NCBI GenBank assembly: GCA_965223865.1 | Contig: OZ245020.1 | Location: forward strand, 678,971 to 710,970 | DNA: 32,000 bases | DNA from: Nitrosarchaeum sp. | GTDB taxonomy: Archaea; Thermoproteota; Nitrososphaeria; Nitrososphaerales; Nitrosopumilaceae | Direction: 5' to 3' | In this document: piece by piece, positions 23,642 through 32,000 of the stretch | Layout: every line of letters begins with the position of its first letter | Numbering within the stretch: position 1 is the stretch's first letter | Made by a program: the position numbers and the translations under genes | The notes under the pieces: model-generated | Databases searched by the model: none | Told to the model about the DNA's origin: nothing | Seen by the model: the letters and a program-made list of their open reading frames with translations, nothing else

Positions 23642-25266
23642 TTGAATTATCTTATTCTAGACTCCAAAAATTAATTGGAAATGTTTCAAAAAAGCAAATA
23701 TCTGACTCACTACCTTTTCTAGGATTGGATATTGAATCAGAAGAAGGAGATGTAGTTAGAGTAGAGTATAGTCCCAACAGACCTGATTATTCAACTGATT
23801 TTGGAATTACTCTTGGTTTGCAAGGATTACTTGGAATTAAAACTGGAGCAATAAACTTGAAAATAAAAAAATCCAACTATTATACCCTTAATGTAAAACC
23901 AGGAGTATCAAAGATTCGTCCATTTGTCACAGGAATTGTAGCCAAAAGCGGAAAGATAGATGACAAAATTATCAAACAATTAATGGTGATGCAAGAAGAT
24001 CTTCATTTTGGCATTGGAAGAAAAAGAAAAAAATCTTCAATTGGAATCCATGACCTTGATAAAATTTCATTTCCCTTGACATATACTACAGCTAAAAGAT
24101 CTTACAAGTTCATACCTCTAAATTCTGATGCTGAACTTTCAATTTCAGAAATTCTCAAAGACACAGATGTGGGAAAAGACTATGGAGATATTTTGGGAAA
24201 CTCTTCTCAAGTTCCAATAATAATTGATTCAACACAAAAAACAGTGTCATTTCCGCCTATCATTAATGCTGCTGTTACGACTGTTACTACCAAAACAAAG
24301 AATCTCTTTGTAGAAGTTACTGGAATCAGTAAACAAGACGCTGAAGATATGCTTTCAATAGTTGCTACAATTCTTCAAACGGCAGGATTTTCTTTGGTAA
24401 ACGTAAAAATTTCAGGTTCTAAAAACACCTCTCCAAAACTAGAATCAAAAAATATGACCATAACTCCAACTCTGATTAATCAAACCTTGGGATTGACTCT
24501 CAAAACTCCAAAAATTCTTTCATCACTAAAAAAATCAAGACTAGATGCAATATCAAAGGGTAAAAATATTGTTTGTACAATACCTTCATATCGATTTGAT
24601 ATTCTTGGGCCAATGGACTTGGTAGAAGAAGTTGCATTGGGTTTTGGAATTCAAAATTTAGAACCTGAATTGTCTCCATCTCAAACAATAGGACAAATAA
24701 ATAATGTTTCAATGAATCTAAAATCTCTTTCACAAACAATGATTGGACTTGGATATTCTGAAGCCCTAAACTCTAGCTTAACAAGTAAACGAGTATTATA
24801 TGAAATGATAAATAGAGAACCTAAAAAAATTATCTCCGTTTTAGACTCGAAAAGCCAAGAGCATACAATTCTTCGTGATTCTATACTTCCTGAATTAATT
24901 GAAAATCTATCCCGTAACATTCATGCATCATATCCTCAAAAATTGTTTGAGACTGGAACTATATTTTCAGAAGATAAACCTATCCAAGAAAAAATTAGTT
25001 TAGCAGGAATAAGTGCTCATCGAAATGCAAATTTTACAGAAATAAAATCAATTTTACAGTCAGCATTAAAAATTGGATTAAACTTGGAAATTCAAACAAA
25101 AACTTCTTTTGATCCTATCTTTGAAGAAGGAAGATCTGCATCAATATTGATTAATGAAAAACCTGTTGGAATTATTGGCGAGATAAATTCAAAGACAATA
25201 GAAAATTACAAGATTCGTGTTCCTGTAGTTGGATTTGAAATTTCCCTTACTGGGATTATTGATTAA
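23611..25266 (+). CDS. pheT: Phenylalanyl-tRNA synthetase beta subunit
   Basis: 551 aa with archaeal PheT B3/B4 and B5 domain patterns (VEYSPNRPDYS, IGIHDLDKI). The start is uncertain. Track TTG 23611 and in-frame TTG 23632 (MPVVELSYSRL, more typical) both overlap the pheS end. Confidence 0.9.
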   Translation: MVKECNKLPVVELSYSRLQKLIGNVSKKQISDSLPFLGLDIESEEGDVVRVEYSPNRPDYSTDFGITLGLQGLLGIKTGAINLKIKKSNYYTLNVKPGVSKIRPFVTGIVAKSGKIDDKIIKQLMVMQEDLHFGIGRKRKKSSIGIHDLDKISFPLTYTTAKRSYKFIPLNSDAELSISEILKDTDVGKDYGDILGNSSQVPIIIDSTQKTVSFPPIINAAVTTVTTKTKNLFVEVTGISKQDAEDMLSIVATILQTAGFSLVNVKISGSKNTSPKLESKNMTITPTLINQTLGLTLKTPKILSSLKKSRLDAISKGKNIVCTIPSYRFDILGPMDLVEEVALGFGIQNLEPELSPSQTIGQINNVSMNLKSLSQTMIGLGYSEALNSSLTSKRVLYEMINREPKKIISVLDSKSQEHTILRDSILPELIENLSRNIHASYPQKLFETGTIFSEDKPIQEKISLAGISAHRNANFTEIKSILQSALKIGLNLEIQTKTSFDPIFEEGRSASILINEKPVGIIGEINSKTIENYKIRVPVVGFEISLTGIID

Positions 25267-25380
25267 AGAAAAATCTGCTATTTTAAAATAATTCATAATT
25301 TTTATGCCTTATTTTACTATTCAAACAATGGACCTCAATAGTTTTTAGCAGAGTTTGGTTCTTTATTTATTGCCCAAGAG

Positions 25381-25549
25381 CAGGCACGCAGACGGATTAG
25401 GATGATGTCGATCGTATTGATACCAATGATTTCTAATTCACCCAGGTGTGCTACATTATGGGCAAACCCCGGTTAGAAAACCCAAGGAGGTTTTGGCTAA
25501 ATACCAATGATCTTGTGCGAGTCAGAACCGGGGAACAATTTTGTTTTTT
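25381..25549 (+). ncRNA. Candidate structured non-coding RNA of unknown class
   Basis: This is a locally GC-enriched patch inside a 322-nt intergenic gap. There is an AT-rich TATA-like TTTATTTATT at about 25363. Nested helices are GGATTAG 25394-25400 / CTAATTC 25433-25439, a CCCA..TGGG hairpin 25441-25462, CCCCGGTT 25467-25474 / AACCGGGG 25526-25533, and AAAACC 25477-25482 / GGTTTT 25489-25494. It ends in TTTTGTTTTTT (25539-25549). The strand is inferred from the T-run. Confidence 0.3.
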
Positions 25550-25589
25550 AAAAAGCATAAAGCATGCTTGATCTTAGTGATAACTGAAA

Positions 25590-26009
25590 ATGGTAAAATA
25601 TTGGCTAGCCAAACAAGAACCTAGTGGTCCTAGAGGATACAATTTTGAAAATCTAAAAAAAGACAAAAAAACAGTTTGGGATGGAGTCCACAACAATCTT
25701 GCACTAAAACATATGAGAGAGATGAAGCCAAAAGATCTGGTCTTGTTTTATCATACCGGTGATGAAAGACAAGCAGTTGGAATTATGGAAGTCGTCTCAA
25801 AACCATATCCAAATCCAGAAGAAGACAACGAGAGATTTATTGTAGTTGATGTCAAATACAAAAAACCGCTAAAAAAACCTGTAACTCTAAATGAAATGAA
25901 GAAACAGAAAAAATTTAAGGATTGGGAGCTCTTACGTATTTCAAGACTGTCTATGATGCCTGTTCCAAAGGAAATCTGGGATGAAATTATTCAGATTTCC
26001 CAAAACTAG
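25590..26009 (+). CDS. EVE (PUA-like, THYN1/DUF55) domain protein
   Basis: 139 aa. The N-terminus YWLAKQEPSG...WDGVHNNLALKHMREMKPKDLVLFYHTG is characteristic of EVE domains. Confidence 0.8.
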   Translation: MVKYWLAKQEPSGPRGYNFENLKKDKKTVWDGVHNNLALKHMREMKPKDLVLFYHTGDERQAVGIMEVVSKPYPNPEEDNERFIVVDVKYKKPLKKPVTLNEMKKQKKFKDWELLRISRLSMMPVPKEIWDEIIQISQN

Positions 26010-26058
26010 TTTGGATTGAATCGGTTTATTGATATAGTCGATTTGTTTAATGTGATTT

Positions 26059-26298
26059 ATGGCAACAGCTTATGTGTTAATAAACTGTGAACTAGGTTCA
26101 GAAGAGGCTATTATTCAGCAACTTAAGGGTCTAGAAGGTGTAAAAGAAGTTCATGGAACTTTTGGTGCATACGATATCTTGGCCAAGATTGAATCTGACA
26201 CTGTTGAAAAACTTAGAGAAACCATTACATGGAAAATCAGAAAAATTGAGAAGATTCGATCGACACTAACCCTAATGGGTATAGAAGGTCAGACATAA
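26059..26298 (+). CDS. Stand-alone Lrp/AsnC ligand-binding (RAM) domain protein
   Basis: 79 aa. The pattern AYVLINCELGSEEAIIQQLKGLEGVKEVHGTFGAYDILAKIE matches the AsnC_trans_reg fold without an HTH. Confidence 0.75.
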   Translation: MATAYVLINCELGSEEAIIQQLKGLEGVKEVHGTFGAYDILAKIESDTVEKLRETITWKIRKIEKIRSTLTLMGIEGQT

Positions 26299-26316
26299 AC
26301 ACCCCCTTTTCTTATT

Positions 26317-26883
26317 ATGATTTTACATTTTATTTTTGTTGTAAAAGATGAAGATCTTGAAAAACGAAAACCAGAATTTGAGTATATCCAAAAAATGGCA
26401 CAGTTTTTCAAAGTTTGGATTAAGGAAAAATTCAATAAGGATTTTGATATTCGATGTGATGAATTAGTTACAAAACCAAGAACTTTGTTTCAGAAACTAG
26501 ACACTCACACTATGTTACAAGATCACGAGCAACGAGGAAAAGAAATCTTTCATTTCTACTTGTGCCATTTTAGGCCATTGTGGACTGACTGTACCTGTGA
26601 AGGATATCATGCTGAAAATTTTGGAATGATTTACTGGAAGCGTCCTACAAATCCCAATGATACCCTATTCCTTGCAGAGAAAAACTGTACCACAGTTTCT
26701 CATGAATTAGCACACGAACTCTTAAGGTCAATTGGATACAAGAAATTCAAAGACGACGTTCATGAGATATGGAGCAAACACTTCTATGATCAGTTATACT
26801 TTGAACAATATGATTCTGATTTTAAAAAAACAGATGGGAAACCAACCTTTCTTACAATTGATACCTCTGATCTAAAAATTTAG
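26317..26883 (+). CDS. Hypothetical protein with HExxH metallopeptidase-like motif
   Basis: 188 aa. It has a single HELAHELL motif and several Cys/His (CHFRPLWTDCTCEGYH). I cannot assign a family. Confidence 0.4.
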   Translation: MILHFIFVVKDEDLEKRKPEFEYIQKMAQFFKVWIKEKFNKDFDIRCDELVTKPRTLFQKLDTHTMLQDHEQRGKEIFHFYLCHFRPLWTDCTCEGYHAENFGMIYWKRPTNPNDTLFLAEKNCTTVSHELAHELLRSIGYKKFKDDVHEIWSKHFYDQLYFEQYDSDFKKTDGKPTFLTIDTSDLKI

Positions 26884-26917
26884 TATTTTTAAAATTCAAA
26901 TTTTAGGATTTTTCTCA

Positions 26918-27550
26918 CTAACACTTTGTTACTGAATAGATATTATTTTCAAAGTTTGCTGTCTTAAAATCTAGTTTGTTTTCAGGATCATTTGTTCTTG
27001 ATTTGCTCAGGTTTTCTAGCTCAACTAATGCATCTCCTCTGAATCCTACTGAAGATCCATAAATTGCATCAGTTAACATAGTTCCATGATCTCCTTTCTT
27101 AATATCATCTACCATCTCATAGAATCTTGTAGTTTCTTTTTTGTTTACAGGGTTTCCAGTTGCTTTGTTGTAAGCAACTGAAATATACATTCCATTATTT
27201 TTTACCGCTACTGGAATCTTGTGATTTTTACCGCTAACACCTGGAATGGTCTCATTAACTAAAACTTCACATTTGTGATACATGCTAGATACATAGGCAA
27301 AGAATCTGTATTGTGCAAATTTTCCTGCCTTGTCTTCTTCACATTCGACAAATACCTTATGTAATAACTCTAGGGCATCATCATTCATACTTTGCAGTCT
27401 ATCATCAATTCTTCCTCTTTCAAGAAGATCTGACTTGCATTCTTTTGCAACTAACTCTAAAATAAAATCCGGTAAATTGTAATTTTTTAGTGCAGCTACA
27501 AATGCTCCTGCCTGTGACATACCAAATTTTGGAAAACCTTTATTCACCAT
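26918..27550 (-). CDS. Hypothetical protein
   Basis: 210 aa soluble ORF, convergent with the previous gene. No motif recognised. Confidence 0.4.
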   Translation of the reverse strand: MVNKGFPKFGMSQAGAFVAALKNYNLPDFILELVAKECKSDLLERGRIDDRLQSMNDDALELLHKVFVECEEDKAGKFAQYRFFAYVSSMYHKCEVLVNETIPGVSGKNHKIPVAVKNNGMYISVAYNKATGNPVNKKETTRFYEMVDDIKKGDHGTMLTDAIYGSSVGFRGDALVELENLSKSRTNDPENKLDFKTANFENNIYSVTKC

Positions 27551-27702
27551 ATCAATACTCCCTCAGAATTTTGTAACTCCCAACAATCAATTAGGAAGCT
27601 GCTTTTGGCTTATAATTGTTAAGGAATTTTTCAATATATTATGATATTTTTCATTAATTTAGAATTGATAATATTAAATTCCCGATAAATTAACATTCTC
27701 TC

Positions 27703-29970
27703 ATGGAAATAGAGACAACTTCTGAAATGGTTTCAAAAGTTTACAAAAAATTAAAAGAAAATTCAGAAAAATATCGAAAAGTTGTACAAAGGCCTCTCAC
27801 TCTTACTGAAAAAATTTTGTCGGGACACTTGCAAGATGTAGGTGAAAAAAGTCTTGATGGAGGAAAAAATTATGTTTTTCTTAGACCTGATAGAGTTGCC
27901 CTTCAAGACGTTACAGGACAAATGGTAATGCTTCAATTCATGCAAGCAGGACTAAAACAATCCACACTACCCACAACCGTACACTGTGATCATCTAATTC
28001 GAGCTCAAGTTGAAGGAGATATTGACATGAAGGTCTCTCTGGATGAAAATAGCGAAGTATTCAAATTCTTGCAATCAGCTGCTGCAAAGTATGGCTGTGG
28101 GTTTTGGAAGCCTGGTGCAGGAATAATTCATCAAGTGGTTTTAGAAAATTATGCATTCCCTGGTGGATTGATGATTGGTACTGACTCTCATACACCAAAT
28201 GCCGGAGGACTTGGAATGATAGCAGTTGGAGTCGGTGGTCTGGATGCTGCTGAGACGATGGCTGGCATGCCTTGGGAATTGTTGTATCCAAAGAGAATCG
28301 GCGTTAGACTTACTGGTGAGTTAAATGGTTGGACTGCTCCTAAAGATATCATACTCAAAGTTGCCGAACAATTAACAGTTTCAGGAGGGACAAATTCAAT
28401 TGTAGAATATTTTGGTCCGGGAGCTGAATCTATTAGTTGCACTGGAAAGGCTACTATCACGAACATGGGAGCAGAAATTGGAGCAACATGCTCAATTTTT
28501 CCATATGATAAAAGAATGGAAACTTATCTGAATTATACTAATAGAGAAAAGATTGCCGAACTTGCAAATCAATACAAGGACTTGTTAGTAGCTGATCCAG
28601 AAGTTGAAGAAAATCCAGAAAAATTCTTTGATAAAGTCATTGACATTAATCTATCCACTCTGGAGCCTCATATTGTAGGTCCGCATACTCCAGATTTGGC
28701 AAGATCAATTTCGGACTTGGCAAGCGATGTACAATCTAATGATTACATTGATCCAATCTCTGTTGCATTAATTGGAAGTTGCACAAACTCATCTTATGAA
28801 GACATGTCAAGAGCTGCAAGTCTAGCTGAACAAGCAAAATCAAAGGGCATTAAAGCAAAAATTCCATTATTAGTTACTCCTGGTTCGGAGCAAATACGAG
28901 GAACTATTGAAAGAGATGGACAAATGGACTCTCTCAAAGACATTGGTGCAACAGTATTGGCAAATGCCTGTGGTCCTTGTATTGGACAATGGTCAAGACC
29001 AGAACTAGAAAATGATGATAAAAATACAATTGTTACCACCTTTAATCGAAATTTTCCTGGACGAAATGATGGACACAGAAACACTCTGAATTTTATTGGA
29101 AGCCCTGAAATGATAATTGCTCTAGCCTTAGGTGGTCGTTTATCATTTAACCCACTCAAAGATCAATTAACTGCAGCAGATGGAACCCTATTCAAACTTG
29201 AACCTCCAAAACCTGCACCTGAGGTTCCATCTGAAGGCTTTATGCGACCAGAGGGAATCTATGTTGCCCCTCCAGCAAACTCTGATGATCTTGATGTGAT
29301 TATTGATCCTAACAGCAAGCGTCTACAACGATTAGAACCTTTTTCAAAATGGGATGGAAAAGACTTTGAATCTATTCATATAATGGTAAAGGCCAAAGGA
29401 AAATGTACTACTGATCATATCTCACCAGCTGGAGCTTGGCTTTCTCTGAGAGGTCACCTGGATAATCTTAGCGATAATATGCTGTTGGGTGCTGTAAATG
29501 CATTTAATGACAAAGTAGGTGAGGGCAAAAATCATCTAACAGGAAATATTGAAAACTTTGCAAAAATTGCAAGGCAGTACAAAGAAAAAAACATGAGATG
29601 GATAATTATTGGAGACAACAACTATGGAGAAGGCAGCAGCAGAGAGCATGCAGCTATGACCCCAAGACATCTGGGATGTGCCGCAGTGATTACAAAAAGT
29701 TTTGCTAGAATTCATGAAACAAATCTGAAAAAGCAAGGAGTCTTGGCATTAACCTTTGCAAATCCAGATGACTACAACAAAATTCAAGAAAACGACAAAA
29801 TCAGTCTTGTGAAATTAAATGAAATAGAACCACAAAAACAAATCAGTTGCATTTTAAATCATAGTGATGGTCCTCAAGAAGAAATCCTACTAAACCATTC
29901 ATACAACAAAGCTCAGATTGAATGGTTCAAGGCAGGTTCTGCACTAAATGTTCTAAGAAACAAAACTTAG
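27703..29970 (+). CDS. acn: Aconitate hydratase (mitochondrial-type, ~755 aa)
   Basis: 755 aa. Fe-S ligand contexts are GSCTNSSYED and ANACGPCIGQW. It also has IGTDSHTPNAGGLG and the swivel-domain motif GDNNYGEGSSREHAA. Confidence 0.95.
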   Translation: MEIETTSEMVSKVYKKLKENSEKYRKVVQRPLTLTEKILSGHLQDVGEKSLDGGKNYVFLRPDRVALQDVTGQMVMLQFMQAGLKQSTLPTTVHCDHLIRAQVEGDIDMKVSLDENSEVFKFLQSAAAKYGCGFWKPGAGIIHQVVLENYAFPGGLMIGTDSHTPNAGGLGMIAVGVGGLDAAETMAGMPWELLYPKRIGVRLTGELNGWTAPKDIILKVAEQLTVSGGTNSIVEYFGPGAESISCTGKATITNMGAEIGATCSIFPYDKRMETYLNYTNREKIAELANQYKDLLVADPEVEENPEKFFDKVIDINLSTLEPHIVGPHTPDLARSISDLASDVQSNDYIDPISVALIGSCTNSSYEDMSRAASLAEQAKSKGIKAKIPLLVTPGSEQIRGTIERDGQMDSLKDIGATVLANACGPCIGQWSRPELENDDKNTIVTTFNRNFPGRNDGHRNTLNFIGSPEMIIALALGGRLSFNPLKDQLTAADGTLFKLEPPKPAPEVPSEGFMRPEGIYVAPPANSDDLDVIIDPNSKRLQRLEPFSKWDGKDFESIHIMVKAKGKCTTDHISPAGAWLSLRGHLDNLSDNMLLGAVNAFNDKVGEGKNHLTGNIENFAKIARQYKEKNMRWIIIGDNNYGEGSSREHAAMTPRHLGCAAVITKSFARIHETNLKKQGVLALTFANPDDYNKIQENDKISLVKLNEIEPQKQISCILNHSDGPQEEILLNHSYNKAQIEWFKAGSALNVLRNKT

Positions 29971-29980
29971 GATTCTAACG

Positions 29981-30135
29981 TGGGGCCGACCGGAATCGAA
30001 CCGGCGACCTACGGGTCACTACAGCTCCAAACTTACATCATCCGTTAGTCAGTTTTAGCTTAGTTTAACCTCTGGAGCCCTTAGCGGTGATCTATTCGTA
30101 GACACTGTCGCCCTACCAGGCTAGGCTACGACCCC
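29981..30135 (-). tRNA. tRNA-Trp (anticodon CCA) with two predicted introns (30081..30106 at 28/29 and 30017..30071 at 37/38)
   Basis: The reverse strand is 155 nt: GGGGTCG TA GCCT AGCCTGGTA GGGC G AC[26 nt]GGG CTCCAG[55 nt]A CCCGT AGGTC GCCGG TTCGATT CCGGT CGGCCCC A. Removing both inserts gives a 74-nt cloverleaf with anticodon stem ACGGG/CCCGT and loop CTCCAGA. Intron 1 has a clean bulge-helix-bulge: central helix GGCG/CGCT, bulges ACA and AAG. Confidence 0.8.
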
Positions 30136-30222
30136 ACGATCATGAATGAAATGGACTTGAATTTTAAGTTATTTTAACCAAGATTTATTTGCGAATTAAA
30201 GGAAAAAATTTGTAACAAAATC

Positions 30223-30756
30223 ATGGTAAAACCAATCCTTTTAGCAATAGGTGCAATTCCAGTTATTCTTGCAATTTTAATTGCAATTCCATTAATAACA
30301 AAACCCGAAATTCCTTTTTCAGCAGCTAATCCAAGTGATAGAATTGAAATTGAATACACAAAGCATCAACTAACAAAAATATCAAACAGCATAACAGATA
30401 GAGTCATTTCACAAAAATCAGAAATTCTTGTAATTGAGAACAACGGTGAAGTAAGATACACTTTAACTGAAGCAGGATATCCAAATCCGGAAATCCGGTC
30501 TAATATAGATGAAACCAAACATAAAAAACTAAAGGCATTAATCAAAGAGACTGGATTTGTTGCAATTCCCTCAGAGTCATTTCCTATTTTAGAAAATGTA
30601 ACAAAATATCAAAAATCGAGTGTCAAAGTCACTGTAAATGCTCAAGTAAACCAAATTCACTGGCCTGAACAAAACGCAACTGCCAAATTCATTCCGCCAA
30701 TTATAACAATGGTTGAATCTCAACTAGATCAAATCATAAAGCAAGTTAGTGAATAG
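30223..30756 (+). CDS. Membrane-anchored protein of unknown function
   Basis: 177 aa. It has an N-terminal TM anchor, ILLAIGAIPVILAILIAIPLI, followed by a soluble domain with no recognised motif. Confidence 0.45.
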   Translation: MVKPILLAIGAIPVILAILIAIPLITKPEIPFSAANPSDRIEIEYTKHQLTKISNSITDRVISQKSEILVIENNGEVRYTLTEAGYPNPEIRSNIDETKHKKLKALIKETGFVAIPSESFPILENVTKYQKSSVKVTVNAQVNQIHWPEQNATAKFIPPIITMVESQLDQIIKQVSE

Positions 30757-30787
30757 GTACAAATAGCCTTCAGGTAAGACTCTGTGC

Positions 30788-31756
30788 ATGCTTTCACTAT
30801 CTGGTCAAAGAGATGATGCAAAGGGAATAGTTTGTGAAAAATCAGATAATAGTGATATTTTACGTGGCACATCAACTCTGAAACGTGGATTTGCTCATAT
30901 GCTAAAAAATGGAGTTGTAATGGATGTCACAAATGTAGAACAAGCACAGATTGCTGAAGAGGCAGGGGCCGTATCTGTTATGGTTTTAGATAAACTTCCC
31001 TCTGATGTGAGAAAAGCAGGAGGTGTTGCAAGAACTGCAAGTATTAGAATTATTGAAGAGATTATGAATTCAGTAACAATTCCTGTAATGGCAAAATGCA
31101 GAATTGGTCACGTCTATGAAGCTCGAGTACTTGCAGAGACGAATGTTGATATGATTGATGAATCAGAAGTCTTGACTCCAGCTGATGAATATCATCACAT
31201 TTGGAAATGGGATTACACCACTCCTTTTGTTAATGGAGCACGCTCACTAGCTGAAGCTCTAAGAAGAATCGAAGAAGGTGCTGCAATGATTAGAACAAAA
31301 GGAGAGCCAGGTACTGGAAATGTAGCAGAAGCTGTAATTCATATCAAAAAAGTAAATGATGAATTACGAGCAATAAAATCAATTTATGATTCTGGCGATG
31401 ATCAAGACCTGGTTAGGATGGCAAGAGAATTCAAGGTATCTTATGATATTGTAAGAGAAACCGCAAAGCTAGGACGATTACCTGTTGTTAATTTTGCAGC
31501 CGGTGGAATTGCAACACCAGCTGATGCTGCATATTTGATGTCACTTGGATGTGATGGAATATTTGTTGGTTCTGGAATCTTTAATGCAGATGATGCACAA
31601 GAGCGAGCAAGATCAATTGTTTTGGCAACCACATTTTGGAATGAACCTGAAAAAGTAAAGGAAGCACAAAAGATGATTGATGAAAGACAATCAATGTTAG
31701 GCCTTGATGTAAAAACTTTGGAGCTAAAGATGCAGGAGCGTGGTAGTTCAGCATGA
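30788..31756 (+). CDS. pdxS: Pyridoxal 5'-phosphate synthase, synthase subunit PdxS
   Basis: 322 aa. Motifs are [52 protein letters not shown] and the [10 protein letters not shown] loop. The N-terminal ~30 aa may be over-extended. Confidence 0.95.
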   Translation: MLSLSGQRDDAKGIVCEKSDNSDILRGTSTLKRGFAHMLKNGVVMDVTNVEQAQIAEEAGAVSVMVLDKLPSDVRKAGGVARTASIRIIEEIMNSVTIPVMAKCRIGHVYEARVLAETNVDMIDESEVLTPADEYHHIWKWDYTTPFVNGARSLAEALRRIEEGAAMIRTKGEPGTGNVAEAVIHIKKVNDELRAIKSIYDSGDDQDLVRMAREFKVSYDIVRETAKLGRLPVVNFAAGGIATPADAAYLMSLGCDGIFVGSGIFNADDAQERARSIVLATTFWNEPEKVKEAQKMIDERQSMLGLDVKTLELKMQERGSSA

Positions 31757-32000
31757 GCCTTAATGTTGGTATTTTATCTATCCAGGGAGATGTTGCAGAA
31801 AATACTCTTGCAACAAAAGCAGCACTAAAAGAATTAAACTTAGAGGGAACAGTAACTAGTGTAAAAACTCCTGAAGAGATCTCTCAAATTGATGGGCTGA
31901 TAATTCCTGGTGGTGAGAGTACAACAATTGGCCAACTATCTCTGGTGAATAGTTCTCTGAAAAAAATTAAAGAGAAAATAGAGGGAGGAATGCCTGTCTT
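31753..32000 (+). CDS. pdxT: Pyridoxal 5'-phosphate synthase, glutaminase subunit PdxT (3' end runs off the window)
   Basis: ATG 31753 overlaps the pdxS stop (ATGA). My translation [18 protein letters not shown]...[15 protein letters not shown] matches the PdxT/SNO N-terminus. Confidence 0.9.
   Translation, partial: MSLNVGILSIQGDVAENTLATKAALKELNLEGTVTSVKTPEEISQIDGLIIPGGESTTIGQLSLVNSSLKKIKEKIEGGMPV

Noticed and set aside
25267-25589. Assigning the structured intergenic patch to SRP RNA, RNase P RNA, a C/D or H/ACA sRNA, or a TPP, fluoride or cobalamin riboswitch
   Set aside because: It is too short for SRP or RNase P. It lacks their conserved strings as I remember them (GGAAAGUCC-type P4, helix-8 GGAA/AGCA). 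It has ATGATG but no CTGA partner on that strand. The pocket geometry is wrong for H/ACA. No CUGAGA or B12-box-like motifs are present.
28061-29736. Several minus-strand track ORFs (28061-28291, 28188-28466, 28794-29159, 29536-29736)
   Set aside because: All are antisense to the aconitase gene, which is continuous and motif-rich over 755 codons.
29981-30135. Alternative reading of the intron-containing tRNA as tRNA-Thr(AGU), with loop GTAGTGA and a single intron bounded by the CTCCAGA/TTTGGAG helix
   Set aside because: It would require G32 and A34, both atypical for archaeal tRNAs. The CTCCAGA loop has ideal C32-U33-CCA-G37-A38 features. Archaeal tRNA-Trp genes characteristically carry an intron.
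1-32000. Search for CRISPR arrays, transposases, integrases, prophage or defence islands, and rRNA
   Set aside because: No spaced direct-repeat array was seen. No ORF has transposase, integrase or Cas-like motifs. No rRNA-like GC-rich block is present. Apart from the orphan methyltransferase, the window looks like core chromosome.

Overview
AT-rich archaeal chromosome segment (GC about one third by eye). From the protein sequences I recognise it as an ammonia-oxidising thaumarchaeon of the Nitrosopumilus type. The centrepiece is the archaeal ammonia monooxygenase locus at about 9.6-14.1 kb: amoB on the minus strand, then amoC-amoX-amoA on the plus strand. Four small or uncharacterised ORFs lie next to amoB. 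Two are single-pass membrane proteins and two form a translationally coupled pair. They look like part of the same functional neighbourhood and are candidate extra AMO subunits or accessory factors. The AMO-linked genes share short non-coding elements. One is a GATC..GTAC box 53-54 nt upstream of three start codons. Another is a tandem/palindromic repeat in the amoB/amoC divergent region. The third is an identical 24-nt pyrimidine-rich element just after the amoA and amoB stop codons. The rest is mostly housekeeping:
- a tightly coupled minus-strand block (rps15, RecJ-like DHH protein, Pcc1-like, serS), followed by rps3ae and a DUF54-like RNA-binding protein;
- a geranylgeranyl reductase;
- an abutting CbbQ/NorQ-type AAA+ ATPase and VWA protein pair;
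- trpS, pheS, pheT, aconitase, pdxS/pdxT, archaeal PPAT, an EVE-domain protein and a stand-alone Lrp/AsnC ligand-binding domain.
Five tRNA genes are present. Three carry introns: Leu and Trp appear to have two each (one at a non-canonical position), and Ile has a 12-nt mini-intron. The long tRNA-Trp intron contains C'/D'-box-like motifs and an antisense match to its own anticodon loop. tRNA-Thr has an atypical T-loop. A D12-class (Dam-like) orphan methyltransferase sits between amoA and tRNA-Thr. Two GC-enriched intergenic patches (about 5020-5072 and 25381-25549) look like unannotated structured RNAs. I saw no CRISPR array, transposase, integrase or rRNA. All homology statements rest on motif recognition and memory, not on database searches.
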